From positions 1 to 27,364 of the IMG/VR virus record IMGVR_UViG_3300020044_008670: a DNA stretch of 27,364 nucleotides, one strand, 5' to 3'. The stretch comes from a virus. Taxonomy: Duplodnaviria; Caudoviricetes. The notes beneath the pieces are model-generated. The model saw only the letters and a list, made by a program, of their open reading frames with translations, did no database searches and was not told the DNA's origin. Position numbers and translations under genes: made by a program. Below, in pieces: positions 16,275 through 26,711 of this stretch; within the stretch, counting starts at the first letter, position 1; every line of letters begins with the position of its first letter.

Positions 16275-16901
16275 ATGGCGAGCCAAATCCAAATCTGTAA
16301 CGTAGCGCTCACCCATTGCGGCGAGCCTTCCATCACGTCGCTGAACGAGGACGGCAAGGCGGCGCGGGTTCTAAAGCGCGTCTACGACGTGGTCCTCGAC
16401 CAGGCGCTCACCGACTACCGCTGGTATTTTGCGATCGAGCGCGCCGAACTGGCCGCCGATCCGACCACTCCGCTGTTCGGCTTCACCAACCGCTTTACCG
16501 TGCCGTCCGACCTGCTACAGCTTATTGGCATTGGCGACGACCAGAACGAGAGCAAGCGTAACTACACGGCCAGTGAAACTATCTTCAAGCGCGAAGGTAA
16601 CTATATCCTGGCCGACGATGCCCCGCTCAAGATCGTCTACGTCAAGCGCGTCACCAACCCCGGCTTGTACTCCCCGGAGTTTGTGAAGTACCTGTCCTAC
16701 CTTCTGGCCACGACCATCTTCTACGACCTCACCAAGGGCGCGGACCGCTACACCGCGCTCGTGCAGGGCCGGGAGCAGGCCGCCAAGCAGGCCAAGTTCA
16801 AGGGCGCAATCCAGAACACCCCCGAGGTCATCGTGGCCTCCGACTGGATCGACAGCCGCTTCTCCGACAACTACCCCTACCGTATCGGTCCTGTCGTATG
16901 A
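16275..16901 (+). CDS. Tail tubular protein A / head-tail adaptor
   Basis: IQICNVAL..GEPSITSL, WYFA..RAEL, PSDLL, YVKRVTNPGLY. Confidence 0.9.
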   Translation: MASQIQICNVALTHCGEPSITSLNEDGKAARVLKRVYDVVLDQALTDYRWYFAIERAELAADPTTPLFGFTNRFTVPSDLLQLIGIGDDQNESKRNYTASETIFKREGNYILADDAPLKIVYVKRVTNPGLYSPEFVKYLSYLLATTIFYDLTKGADRYTALVQGREQAAKQAKFKGAIQNTPEVIVASDWIDSRFSDNYPYRIGPVV

Positions 16902-17434
16902 TAGCCACGGGTGTTTGTAGTAAATGTGGGGGGCCGCGCAAGCCAAATATGAAGTGCGCTCCGTGCAAAGCAGAAATCACTAGGAGATATCGCGCTGCGT
17001 CGCCAGAAAAAACGCGCTTAGCAGTAAATAAATATTACGCCGAAAACAAGAAGGCGCGAAAAGAAGCTAAAAGGCTTTGGCACGCGGCCAACAGAGACGA
17101 TCGAAACGAAAAACGCCGAGCGCTTCGCCGTGATAAACCCGAGCAGCACAAAGAATACGCTAAGAGATACGCAAAAATAAGACCTGAAGTGTTTGCCGCC
17201 GCAGCGGGCCGCCGTAGGGCGCGTGTCATTAACGCCACTCCTAGCTGGGCGGACAAAAACGCGATCGACGCGGTATACGCACGCGCTGCCAAGACGGGGT
17301 TAACGGTTGACCACATACACCCGTTAAAAGGTAAAAATTTTTGTGGCCTGCATGTTCCGTGGAACCTGCAACTCTTGTCGGGGGCCGAGAACTCTCGTAA
17401 GGGTAATAAACTGATAGAGGCGGGAATTGGCTAG
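16898..17434 (+). CDS. Free-standing HNH homing endonuclease
   Basis: ATPSWAD...VDHIHPLKGKNFCGLHVPWNLQLL...NSRKGNK; N-terminal CxxC..CxxC; A-rich, unlike its neighbours. Confidence 0.92.
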   Translation: MIATGVCSKCGGPRKPNMKCAPCKAEITRRYRAASPEKTRLAVNKYYAENKKARKEAKRLWHAANRDDRNEKRRALRRDKPEQHKEYAKRYAKIRPEVFAAAAGRRRARVINATPSWADKNAIDAVYARAAKTGLTVDHIHPLKGKNFCGLHVPWNLQLLSGAENSRKGNKLIEAGIG

Positions 17435-19799
17435 AAGTAACCCGATACAGTCTAATTTTACAGCGGGTCTTCTAACTCGTCGTTTACGAGCGCGGGATGA
17501 TTTAGAAGCCTATCATCAAGGATTAAGACAAGCTCTCAACGGGCAAATCCTGCCGCATGGCGGGTTCATGCGCCGCACGGGCTCGATATTCGTGAACGAG
17601 GTCAAGAACCGCACCAGCGCCAAGAACGCCCTGATCCCGTTCGATGTGGCCACCGATCAGCAGTACATCATGGAGGTCGGGCACAACTACATCCGCTACT
17701 ACGCCAACCATGGCCTCGTGGAAAGCAGCCCCGGCACGCCGCTGGAGACCACCACCACCTACGGCAATGACGAACAGCAGAACTTGCGCACGGCCCAGCA
17801 GGTCGACGTCATGTACATGGTTCACCCCAACGGCCACCCGTACAAGCTGTCGCGCACCAGCCTGACCTCCTTCACCTGGACGAAGGTGTCGTGGAAGGAC
17901 GGCAACGCGCCGATGCAGCCGTCCAACATCACGGCGATCACCTGCACCAAGACCGGCGGCGGTAGCCCCTACACTTTCACATTCTCCGCGGTCCCGAAGC
18001 CGGGGGGTTTCACGACTGCCGACGACGTCGGGCGCACGCTGCGCTTCCATGACGGTGTGTACGAGATCACCACGGTATCCTCGACCACGGTCGTCATCGC
18101 TACCGAATTAAAGGTACTGGCCGACCCGGCAGGCAGCAGCGCCACCCCGGACTGGGCGCTCGGCCTGTTCTCCAACACGGACGGTCCCCGCGCTGTGATC
18201 TTCCACGACGGTCGCCTGTGGTACGGTGGCTCGCGCACCGCGCCGGACGTGATCGTTGGCTCGGTGTCCGACGACTACGACAACTTCTTCCGCGGCCTCG
18301 CCTACGGCACGACGCCCACGATCAACGAGGACGACAAGTCGATCGTGAAGCGCGTGCAGGGCAAGCGCCTCCAGACGATCATGTGGCTGGCCTCACAGGC
18401 AGACTACATGGCGATCGGCTCGGCAGGCGGCGAGTTCCGCATGTTCTCGGCGGACAGCAGCGGCGTGCTGACCCCGAACGCGGCGGTCATCCGCTCGGCC
18501 ACGTACCGCGGCTCGGCGTACAAGACCCCGGTGCAGATCGATAACCAGATCATGTTCATCCAGTCTAACCTTCGGGAACTGTATGAACTGCGCTACGAGG
18601 TGGTCAAGGACAACTTCTCCTCGCGCAACCTCATGCTCCTGGCCGAGGACGTACCGGACAGCGACGTCAACGGACGCGGCGGTCTCCTGCGCATGGCATA
18701 CCAGGCCACCCCGGACAGCACGATCTGGATGGTGCATGGCGACGGCTCGCTGATCGGCCTCACCTACGAGCCCGACCAGAAGGTCATTGGCGTCCACCCG
18801 CACTCGATCGCCAACGGCCTCGCGCGGGTCGACGATATCGCGGTGTGCCAGAACCCGTCCTCGACTGCCCACGAACTGTGGTTTTTGGCCACGATCGAGG
18901 TCGACGGCACGACGGAGCAGTACGTCTGCTACATGGATCAGCAGTACCGCCCGGCGCTGTCCTACGAGCGCGCCACGAACGACGAAAAGATCAGGGCGCT
19001 CGACGAGGCGTACTTCGTGGACCTTGGCCTCAAGTTCGACAACCCGGTCCTGCTCGCCAGCTTCACAAAGGCGACAGAGGGTGTGTTCACGGCCACGGCT
19101 CACGGCTTCGTGGACGGCGACCGCGTCAAGCTGCGCGCCCCACAAGGCCCGTCAGAAATGGACCGCCTGTCCGCCATCGTGTCCGACAAGACCACCAACG
19201 CCTTCAAGCTGAAGGATGGCAGCGGTAACTACATCGACACGACGGACTGGGCCGACCTGGGCGACGTGGTCGACCCCTCCACGACCAACTACAACTCCCC
19301 GCTTGTGCGCGAGGAGGTGACGACGATCACGGGCCTGGGCCATCTGGAAGGGCTGACCGTATCGGTGTTGGCGGACGGCATGGTGCATCCCGACGTCGTG
19401 GTCGATAGCGGCGCGATCACGCTTAACCGCCGCGCCTCCATCGTGGCCGTGGGATTGGCGTACCCGTACCGTGGCGAGACGCAGCGCTTCACCGAAGGCG
19501 GCAAACTGGGCACCGGGCAGGGCCAGCCGTCTGCGATCGACAAGGTGGCCATCGTGCTACACAACACCGTGGGCGGGTCATTCGGCGTAGGTAACGGCCT
19601 CGACAGACACCTGTCCCCGCTCAATCTGCGCGAGGGCAACGGTCCTATGGATCAGTCGCCCCCGCTGTTCACCGGCACGAAGGAGATTTCCGTGGAGGGG
19701 GGATGGGGCGTCGAGCCCACGGTCTACTTCGAAAACACGCAGCCGCTTCCCATGACCGTGCTGGCCGTGTGCCCGAGGCTCATGCTCAATGAAGGGTAA
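17427..19799 (+). CDS. Tail tubular protein B / nozzle (Bbp13/T7 gp12-like)
   Basis: IQSNFTAG, PHGG..RRTG, FHDGRLWYGG, TGLGHLEGLTVSVLADG, QPLPMTVLA. Confidence 0.92.
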   Translation: MARSNPIQSNFTAGLLTRRLRARDDLEAYHQGLRQALNGQILPHGGFMRRTGSIFVNEVKNRTSAKNALIPFDVATDQQYIMEVGHNYIRYYANHGLVESSPGTPLETTTTYGNDEQQNLRTAQQVDVMYMVHPNGHPYKLSRTSLTSFTWTKVSWKDGNAPMQPSNITAITCTKTGGGSPYTFTFSAVPKPGGFTTADDVGRTLRFHDGVYEITTVSSTTVVIATELKVLADPAGSSATPDWALGLFSNTDGPRAVIFHDGRLWYGGSRTAPDVIVGSVSDDYDNFFRGLAYGTTPTINEDDKSIVKRVQGKRLQTIMWLASQADYMAIGSAGGEFRMFSADSSGVLTPNAAVIRSATYRGSAYKTPVQIDNQIMFIQSNLRELYELRYEVVKDNFSSRNLMLLAEDVPDSDVNGRGGLLRMAYQATPDSTIWMVHGDGSLIGLTYEPDQKVIGVHPHSIANGLARVDDIAVCQNPSSTAHELWFLATIEVDGTTEQYVCYMDQQYRPALSYERATNDEKIRALDEAYFVDLGLKFDNPVLLASFTKATEGVFTATAHGFVDGDRVKLRAPQGPSEMDRLSAIVSDKTTNAFKLKDGSGNYIDTTDWADLGDVVDPSTTNYNSPLVREEVTTITGLGHLEGLTVSVLADGMVHPDVVVDSGAITLNRRASIVAVGLAYPYRGETQRFTEGGKLGTGQGQPSAIDKVAIVLHNTVGGSFGVGNGLDRHLSPLNLREGNGPMDQSPPLFTGTKEISVEGGWGVEPTVYFENTQPLPMTVLAVCPRLMLNEG

Positions 19800-20199
19800 T
19801 GTCCGGTTCCGCCCGCTGAAGGTGTCGGACTTCTACGAGATCGAGCTTCAGCCCCGCCATGCTTCCTCGCAGCCGGTGTTCCGCGCCAACCCCCTCGTGC
19901 TGCACTCGCTCACCGAGAGTCCGTTCTCCTTCGCAATGGAGGTCGACGGCAAGGCTGTGGCCGCACTGGGACCGAACGAGGACCGCGAGATTTGGGCGTA
20001 TTTGGGCGCGGATTTGAAGCGCCATATGGTTCGCCTCGTGCGCTACACGCGCGCCATGCTGGGCATGTACGGCAAATGCTGGGCCAGGGTGGACCGTACC
20101 AACTGCGACGGGGAGCGCTTCATGTTGCTATTGGGCCTCCGAAAGGTTAAAATGGCCGAGGAAGGCGTAATGGACGTTTGGATTTTCGATGCGCGTTAG
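19789..20199 (+). CDS. GNAT-fold-like virion assembly protein (T7 gp13 position)
   Basis: Position after the nozzle; VRFRPLKVSD...DGKAVAALG...ERFMLLLGLR pattern. Confidence 0.6.
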   Translation: MKGNVRFRPLKVSDFYEIELQPRHASSQPVFRANPLVLHSLTESPFSFAMEVDGKAVAALGPNEDREIWAYLGADLKRHMVRLVRYTRAMLGMYGKCWARVDRTNCDGERFMLLLGLRKVKMAEEGVMDVWIFDAR

Positions 20200-20647
20200 G
20201 TACGATCCCGTGCCCGCTATCTTCGCGGGCGTATCCGCTGTCGGCTCTATTGCTGGCGGCCTCATGGAGAGCAACCAGAAATACGACGAAGGCGTCTACA
20301 ACCGCGACTTCTACAACTATGGGGCCGAGCAGGAGAAGATCGGTCTTAACCGCGATCTTGACGCCGCGCAGCGTGAGCGCACGGCCACGATTTCCCGCAC
20401 GCGCGCCGTAATGGCCGCGCAGGGTGGTGGCATGGACGGAGACTTCATCGCCTCGCGCGAAGGGCTGTTTGAAACCCAGCGCCTCTCCCTGATCCAGGAT
20501 AGCGAGGCGCGGCAGTCCGTCCTCCGCACCAAGGCCGGGTTCGCCATGAAGGCGGGCCAGCAGGCGGCGGATGCGGCGGTCATCAAGGGCTTCACGAACG
20601 CCATCCCCGGCATGACTTCTTTGTACGGTGAGGCCAAGAAGAAGTAA
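20189..20647 (+). CDS. Internal virion (ejection) protein, T7 gp14-like
   Basis: Hydrophobic Gly/Ala N-terminus DPVPAIFAGVSAVGSIAGG, RAVMAAQGG, and synteny. Confidence 0.75.
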   Translation: MRVRYDPVPAIFAGVSAVGSIAGGLMESNQKYDEGVYNRDFYNYGAEQEKIGLNRDLDAAQRERTATISRTRAVMAAQGGGMDGDFIASREGLFETQRLSLIQDSEARQSVLRTKAGFAMKAGQQAADAAVIKGFTNAIPGMTSLYGEAKKK

Positions 20648-22884
20648 TGGCGAACAAGTCTACCCGTCTCCCCGGCACCGAGTTCGAAAGCACCGGCAAT
20701 CGCGCCCGTGGCGTAGCGTCCGGTAGCCCTGGCTCGCCGGGCCTGAACCGCTCGATCGCCACGGACATTGGCGCGGGCGCGCTCGTCGCGCTGGAGGCTG
20801 TCCAGAAGGCCAACATCGAGCGCGACAGCGTCGCGTCGGTGAAGGCCGAGACGGCGGCGGTAACGAGCGCCGAGAAGGCCATGTCCGAACTGGACCCGCT
20901 GGCCGCGGATTATCCCGAACGGGTCAAGCAGATTTGGGGCGAGGCGTCCAAGACCGCGATGGAGACGTCGGGTATTACCACGTCGATCGTGCGGGACGAC
21001 CTGGAGCGCCGCTTCACCCGCCACGCTGCAGGCGCGGAGCTTATCGGCGTCAAGCTGCGCAAGGACGCGGTAAGCAAGGAAGGGCTGCTTACCGCCAAAG
21101 ACCAGATGGACGCCACGGCTGCGAAGATCAGGAATGATCCGGCCAATGCCAATGCCTACCTGGCCGAGTTCCAAGGCGGTATGGAGCGTCTGAAGGGGGT
21201 CATGGACCCTAACCAGATGCGCGAGTTCGCCCGCACTTCCGCTGACGAGCTGGCCAAGAACCAGGTTATCGGATACGCGGAGAAGGGCAACTTCGGTGCG
21301 GCCCGCGCGGCGCTGAAGGAGCAGGCCCCTCACCTCAATACCGGAACAGTTACCGGCCTGTCGGGCTATATTGACGGCAAGGAGAGCAAGGCCCGCGCTG
21401 ATGGCGACCGCGCCCGCACGCAGAATATCGCCACTTACCTTGTCGACATTGACGACCAGTTCTCCGGTAACAAGGAGGTCAACCCGAATAACCGCGCCAA
21501 CCTGGACGCGATGAAGGATAAGGGCGCGATCTCGCCCGAGGGCTATCTGACGGCGGTGCGCACGCTCAATAACCGCGAGGAGGCGCTGCGCAAGGACCAG
21601 GCGAAGACCGCAGTGGCCCTAGAAGAGTTCAACACCGGCACGCTCAAAAGCCAGGAGAACGCGGACCGCGCGATCAACAATGCATTCGGCAATATCCCGA
21701 TCGGGCGTATCGCGATCGAGGGAACCCCGGAACAGCGTGCCACCGCTATCAAGGTCATGGCCGGGGTGGCGGGCACGAGTGGCTTCCTGTACGGCCAGTT
21801 CAAGGAATTGCTGGAGAACAGCGACAAGACGACGGACAAGTCCCGCGCCGGGCAGGTGGCCTTCGCCGCCGAAGCTGCGGACGATCTTGAGAACACCGCG
21901 CCGCGTGCGCTCGACAACGCCAAGCTCGACAAGACGGGCACACTGGCCATCGTGCGCAGTGAGGCCAAGCGCATGATCGAGCAGGGTATGCCTAAGTCGG
22001 AGGCGTACAAGCAGGCCGCCTCGACGTACATGAGCAAGGGTCCGCTCACCCTCACGGAGGAGAACGACCGCAAGGACGCGCTTAGTAAGAGCCTTGCGAA
22101 GATCGACCTTGGCAGCAAGGTTGAACAGGCCACAACGTCGTGGGGCACGCGCAATACACCGTTCGTGAAGCTCCCCGGCCAGGACGCCGCGTTGCAAGGC
22201 GAGTGGAAGCGCGCGTATGAAGCTGCGTATATGCGCACTGGTAGTGAGGAGCAGGCCGAGGCAATCGCCAAGACCACGCTGAACCAAATCTACGGCACGA
22301 CCATGGTGGGCGCGGTTGGCAAGCCCCCGGACCCCAATGTGGACGTGCGCCTTGCGCTCGTTAACCCTGGCATGGACCCCGCAGGCAGCCGCTCGCAGAT
22401 CGCCCGCCGCCCCATCGAGCGATACTCCCCGCCCAGTATGCGCGCCCTGCCGCAGGAAGATCAGGCGCGTATTTACCAGAACCAGATCGAGCCGGGCCTG
22501 AAGGCTGCGGGCGTCAATCTGGTCAAGGACCCGAAGTTCCCCCACCTGTCTTCCTACCGTCTGGTGGCCGATAATCAGACCGAGCAAGACCTGCGCGAAG
22601 GCCGTTTGCCTTACTACCGCGTGCAGGCCCTGCGGGTTGGTGGCGACGGCGAGTATTACGATGTTCCGGGTATGCCGCGCTTTCGCCCGCCCACCGAGGC
22701 CGAGGTGCTACAGGACCCGACGTACATCGAGATCAATAACGCCCGCCTCATGAACGATATGAAGGCTCGCCAGCAGAACCTCACCAACCAGACCGAAATA
22801 CGCACCCGCCAGGAGCGCACCAACCCCGGTGCCCGCCCGAGCCAGATGCCGCAGCCGCTAATCGAGCCGAGAGGGAAGAAGTAA
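20647..22884 (+). CDS. Internal virion (ejection) protein, gp15-like position
   Basis: 745 aa, Ala-rich and helical; TAATG coupling; synteny. Confidence 0.75.
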   Translation: MANKSTRLPGTEFESTGNRARGVASGSPGSPGLNRSIATDIGAGALVALEAVQKANIERDSVASVKAETAAVTSAEKAMSELDPLAADYPERVKQIWGEASKTAMETSGITTSIVRDDLERRFTRHAAGAELIGVKLRKDAVSKEGLLTAKDQMDATAAKIRNDPANANAYLAEFQGGMERLKGVMDPNQMREFARTSADELAKNQVIGYAEKGNFGAARAALKEQAPHLNTGTVTGLSGYIDGKESKARADGDRARTQNIATYLVDIDDQFSGNKEVNPNNRANLDAMKDKGAISPEGYLTAVRTLNNREEALRKDQAKTAVALEEFNTGTLKSQENADRAINNAFGNIPIGRIAIEGTPEQRATAIKVMAGVAGTSGFLYGQFKELLENSDKTTDKSRAGQVAFAAEAADDLENTAPRALDNAKLDKTGTLAIVRSEAKRMIEQGMPKSEAYKQAASTYMSKGPLTLTEENDRKDALSKSLAKIDLGSKVEQATTSWGTRNTPFVKLPGQDAALQGEWKRAYEAAYMRTGSEEQAEAIAKTTLNQIYGTTMVGAVGKPPDPNVDVRLALVNPGMDPAGSRSQIARRPIERYSPPSMRALPQEDQARIYQNQIEPGLKAAGVNLVKDPKFPHLSSYRLVADNQTEQDLREGRLPYYRVQALRVGGDGEYYDVPGMPRFRPPTEAEVLQDPTYIEINNARLMNDMKARQQNLTNQTEIRTRQERTNPGARPSQMPQPLIEPRGKK

Positions 22885-25800
22885 TTGCCGTTCGAAACGG
22901 AAGTCCAGCCTCTAGCACCGGAAGTCGTCGCGCGCTTCAATAAGCCCGAGGGTCAGGACCAGGCGCTCATGTCTCGCCTGTCGCAGCAGACCCGCGCGGC
23001 GTTCAGGCTGGAGAACACGATCGGCTCCGCGCTGAACGATACTGGCCTGCCCGACCAGAACCTCGCGCAGACAGACCCGCTGGCCGCCGCATTGTTCGAT
23101 GCCGAGGAGTTCCTGTCCCCCGAGGAGAAGGCGTACAGCGATCGCTTCACCGGGGCCAACAGTTATCGTGATATCGAGGCCATCCGCTTCAGGATCGCAG
23201 ACGAGAAGGCGGCGCGCGAGGCCATGGCCAGTGGCCCCCTGCCCGAGTGGCTGATCGGTACGGTCGCCGCGGTAGTCGACCCCACCACGGTCCTCCCTAT
23301 GGCAGGGCCGCTCGTCAAGGGCGGCAGGGCAGCGGTGGCGCTGGGCTCCTTCGGGCGCGTGGGCGTATCCGCTGCGGCGGGCGCGGGCGCGCAGGAGGCC
23401 ATCCTACAGGGCACACAGGTCAGCCGTACCGCCGAGGAGAGCGCGGCCAGTGTACTGGGTGCCCTCATCGTGGGCGGCGTTATTGGCTCCGTGGCAGGCA
23501 CGCTGGGGAGGCGCGAGCTTGCGCAGATTACCAAGACCATGCAGGACGGCGTGCGCAAGCAGGTCGAGAACGACATTACGCAGGTACTTCGCGCGTCAAG
23601 CCTGGGCGACCTGCCTCCCCCGAAGGCGAGCCTTTTCGATACCACCGCGGTAGGACGCTACCTCGACGCCAACAACGCGCCGAACTTCACCCTGCCGCGC
23701 AACAACGTGGTCAAGGCGGCGGACAACGATATCCTGAACTACGTTGCCGAGACGCAGCCCAAGCTCCTCGACGACGTCACCCGCCTGGCCACCGAAATCC
23801 AGAAGGCCGACGAGCGTATCTCTCGCCTTGAGGCCGACCCCACCACGCCCGTCACGCGCATGGTCATGCCGCGCGATCAGCTCACCATCGACCTGATGGA
23901 CGCACTGGCCAAGGAGGGCACGCCCGCAGCCAAGAAGCAACTGGCCAGTATCCAGGAAAGCCTCCAACCCAAGGTCACGCTCAACCGCCTCAAGCGCGAG
24001 AACGAGGACCTGATCGCGGAGTGGGAGGCGGCGGAAACCCGACTGGCCAAGACGATCGAGAAGACCAAGAAGGCGATGGCCGAGATCGAGGCCAACCTCA
24101 CGCCGAAGGACCGCGCCGAGGCCAGCCTGGAGATCGCCCGCCTGCAAGCCGCGTTCGAAAAGGAGCTGGCCGAGGGGCGCGACCCGCTGAAGCTGTACCC
24201 GCAGGGCGACCCGATGGACTGGCTGCGCGGCTTCGCGCGGTTCCCCGCCGAGCCAAAGCCGAAGGTCGAAGCGCCCAAGGTTGAGCCCCCGAAGCCTGGC
24301 GAACCCCCCGCGCCCAAGGACGCCTCGTCCGCGGCCACCGGCCCTGGCGCTCCCGCGTCGAGCTTCACCTCGCGCTTGCGCAACTCGCTAGGGGTCGCGG
24401 AGCTTACCGCCAAGCTGGCCAAGATCGGGCTTGCCATGCCGTCGCTCTACATGTCGACGTCCATGTTCGAAACCTCGCGCAAGATCATCAACCGCTTTGC
24501 CTACACCGGCCTGCTCCTCGACGACCACTTCAAGGGCGCACGCCACGGTGACGACTTCGAAACCGAGGTCAAGATATTGTCTGAGCCCATGATGCTACAG
24601 ATGGTTCGCAACGTCGATACGGCGTGGGCGGACTACAAGCAGGCGGTCAAGGCGGGCGAAGCGCCCAAGCTATCGCGCGGGCAGTTCTACGACGCGATCG
24701 GCACGGCCATGACCGAGGGGGACGTCGGCCCGCACAAGATCATCACGGACGCCGCCAAGGCGCAACGCCTGATCGACAAGCACTTCGCGGACTTGGCTAC
24801 CGAGTGGGCGGTCGGGGTGTTCAAGAACCCCGAAGCCGTGGCCAAGAAGATGGAGGGCAAGAGCCATCTTCAGCGCGTATACCATCACGAGCGCATCAAG
24901 GCCAACCCGGTAGGGTGGAAGGAATTGGTCAAGGATTACTTCCGTCGTCAGTTGGACAAGCCGATTGCGGAAGACTTCCTCGATGAAATGGCCGACAGCG
25001 TCACCAGTAAAATCCTGGGCCAGCCCGATGGTCGCCTGCCCGGCAAGATAACCGTGCCCGAGGGCCGCGGGTCCGCCAAGGAGCGCACCTTCGATATCCC
25101 CGACAACTGGCGCACGGCGGACGGGCGCTACGGCATGAGCGATTTCGTCGACCGTAACGTGGTCAACGTCATGGCGCGCTACATTCGTACCATGGCCGCT
25201 GACGTTGCCTACCAGAAGATCATGGGTGGGGACGAAGGCATTGCCGTCGTCCTGAAGGAATTGAAGACCGAGCGTGACGACATGTTGGCCGCGCTCGCGG
25301 AGAAGTCCGACGCGAAGATGAGCAAGGGCGAGGCCCCCAAGCCTCGCGAGATTGCCGCGCTGGAAAAGAAGAACCTCCAGATCGAGGCCATGTACGAGCG
25401 TGATCGCAGCACGATCGAGGCGCTGGTGCATCGCATCCGCGGCACCGAGCCGGGTGGCACGATGGACCCTCGCTACGCGGGCGCTCGCACCGTGGCCAAG
25501 GTCATCAAGAACTCCAATATCCCCCTGTTTATGGGCTCGTCCCTAATCTCTCAGCTCCCCGACATGGGGCGCATGGTCATGTCCGAAGGCATCTTGCGGG
25601 TGTTCGGCGGTTTGGTCGGGCACTTTACAGACGGCTTCACGTCCCTGAAGATGGCCAAGGCCGAGGGGCAGCGCGCGGGTACGATCAACGACATGCTCAT
25701 GGGCGGGCGTGCGGGGACCTTGGCGGATATCGGGGATCAGTACACCAACCAGTCGAAGCTGGAAATGCTCTCCGGACTGGTCGCCCATAAGTCGCTGATC

Positions 25801-26694
25801 TGGTTCGGCGTGTCGCCGTGGAACACCTTTATCAAGAGCCACGCTTCCTACATGGGCGCGGACACCCTCCTGCGCCGGGTCGCGGCCATGGCGGACGGCA
25901 AGCCTCTGTCCGAGGTGCAGGCCGCGCAGATGCGGGCGTGGGGGATTGGGGACTACGAGGTCGAGCTGATCGCCAAGGAGCGTGAACTGTGGGGTGAGAA
26001 CACCCGCGGCGCGTACTTCTCCAACGCCGACCAGTGGAAGAACGTGGAGGCGCGCAACGCCTTTGAGCGGGCCTTGCTGCGCTACATCGACGGCAATGTC
26101 CTGACGTCAGGCGCGACCGATCGTCCCCTGTGGGCGCAGGGTCCGGTGGGCTCTCTGATTACTCAGTTCCAGGGCTTCGGCTTCGCCTCTCACACCCGCG
26201 TTCTGGTGGCCGGGCTCCAGCAGCGCGACGCCAACGCCCTGTCCTCCATGCTGGCCATGGTCGGGCTGGGGATGATGGGCGTGGCCCTGCGCGATCTTGT
26301 AGCAGACGGCAAGGTCAAGGAGCGCGACACCCGCATGTGGGTTCGGGAAGGCATCGACCGCTCCGGTGTTCTTTCACACATGATGAACCTGGACAGCATC
26401 CTGGGCAAGGCCACTGGCATCAACGCGCAACGCCTCCTCACCGGGCAGGAGGCAGAGCGGTTCCAGGGGCGTAGCCTCGTGGGGCAGCTCGGAGGTCCTA
26501 CCGCGGCCACGATCGACAACACCGCCCGCGCCCTGCGTGGCCTGGCAGACGGTACTGTGACCGGGGCGGACGTCCACTCTATCCGTAAGGTCATTATCTA
26601 CAACAACTTCCTTGCGACACGGGGGCTATTTGACCGCGTGGAGGAGGGCATCGTCGACCAGTATGGCCTGTCGCCTCGACAGACCCCCCGCTGA
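22885..26694 (+). CDS. Large internal virion (ejection) protein, gp16-like
   Basis: 1269 aa; hydrophobic segments near both ends; DRPLW..GPVGSLITQFQGF and GIDRSG motifs; precedes the tail fibre. Confidence 0.8.
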   Translation: MPFETEVQPLAPEVVARFNKPEGQDQALMSRLSQQTRAAFRLENTIGSALNDTGLPDQNLAQTDPLAAALFDAEEFLSPEEKAYSDRFTGANSYRDIEAIRFRIADEKAAREAMASGPLPEWLIGTVAAVVDPTTVLPMAGPLVKGGRAAVALGSFGRVGVSAAAGAGAQEAILQGTQVSRTAEESAASVLGALIVGGVIGSVAGTLGRRELAQITKTMQDGVRKQVENDITQVLRASSLGDLPPPKASLFDTTAVGRYLDANNAPNFTLPRNNVVKAADNDILNYVAETQPKLLDDVTRLATEIQKADERISRLEADPTTPVTRMVMPRDQLTIDLMDALAKEGTPAAKKQLASIQESLQPKVTLNRLKRENEDLIAEWEAAETRLAKTIEKTKKAMAEIEANLTPKDRAEASLEIARLQAAFEKELAEGRDPLKLYPQGDPMDWLRGFARFPAEPKPKVEAPKVEPPKPGEPPAPKDASSAATGPGAPASSFTSRLRNSLGVAELTAKLAKIGLAMPSLYMSTSMFETSRKIINRFAYTGLLLDDHFKGARHGDDFETEVKILSEPMMLQMVRNVDTAWADYKQAVKAGEAPKLSRGQFYDAIGTAMTEGDVGPHKIITDAAKAQRLIDKHFADLATEWAVGVFKNPEAVAKKMEGKSHLQRVYHHERIKANPVGWKELVKDYFRRQLDKPIAEDFLDEMADSVTSKILGQPDGRLPGKITVPEGRGSAKERTFDIPDNWRTADGRYGMSDFVDRNVVNVMARYIRTMAADVAYQKIMGGDEGIAVVLKELKTERDDMLAALAEKSDAKMSKGEAPKPREIAALEKKNLQIEAMYERDRSTIEALVHRIRGTEPGGTMDPRYAGARTVAKVIKNSNIPLFMGSSLISQLPDMGRMVMSEGILRVFGGLVGHFTDGFTSLKMAKAEGQRAGTINDMLMGGRAGTLADIGDQYTNQSKLEMLSGLVAHKSLIWFGVSPWNTFIKSHASYMGADTLLRRVAAMADGKPLSEVQAAQMRAWGIGDYEVELIAKERELWGENTRGAYFSNADQWKNVEARNAFERALLRYIDGNVLTSGATDRPLWAQGPVGSLITQFQGFGFASHTRVLVAGLQQRDANALSSMLAMVGLGMMGVALRDLVADGKVKERDTRMWVREGIDRSGVLSHMMNLDSILGKATGINAQRLLTGQEAERFQGRSLVGQLGGPTAATIDNTARALRGLADGTVTGADVHSIRKVIIYNNFLATRGLFDRVEEGIVDQYGLSPRQTPR

Positions 26695-26705
26695 TAGGGT
26701 ATAAT
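26676..26705 (+). promoter_or_regulatory. Putative promoter for the tail fibre (leaderless type)
   Basis: TCGACA-N18-TATAAT, with the ATG at 26712 six nt downstream and no SD. Confidence 0.6.
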
Positions 26706-26711
26706 CCGACC

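Noticed and set aside
24244-24320. Pro/Lys-rich stretch in the large ejection protein
   Set aside because: An ordinary low-complexity linker.
11469-25431. Many long antisense or alternative-frame ORFs (e.g. 11469..12671, 11714..12901, 20317..21333, 21619..22587)
   Set aside because: Expected by-products of high-GC3 coding on the plus strand; no motifs or start signals.
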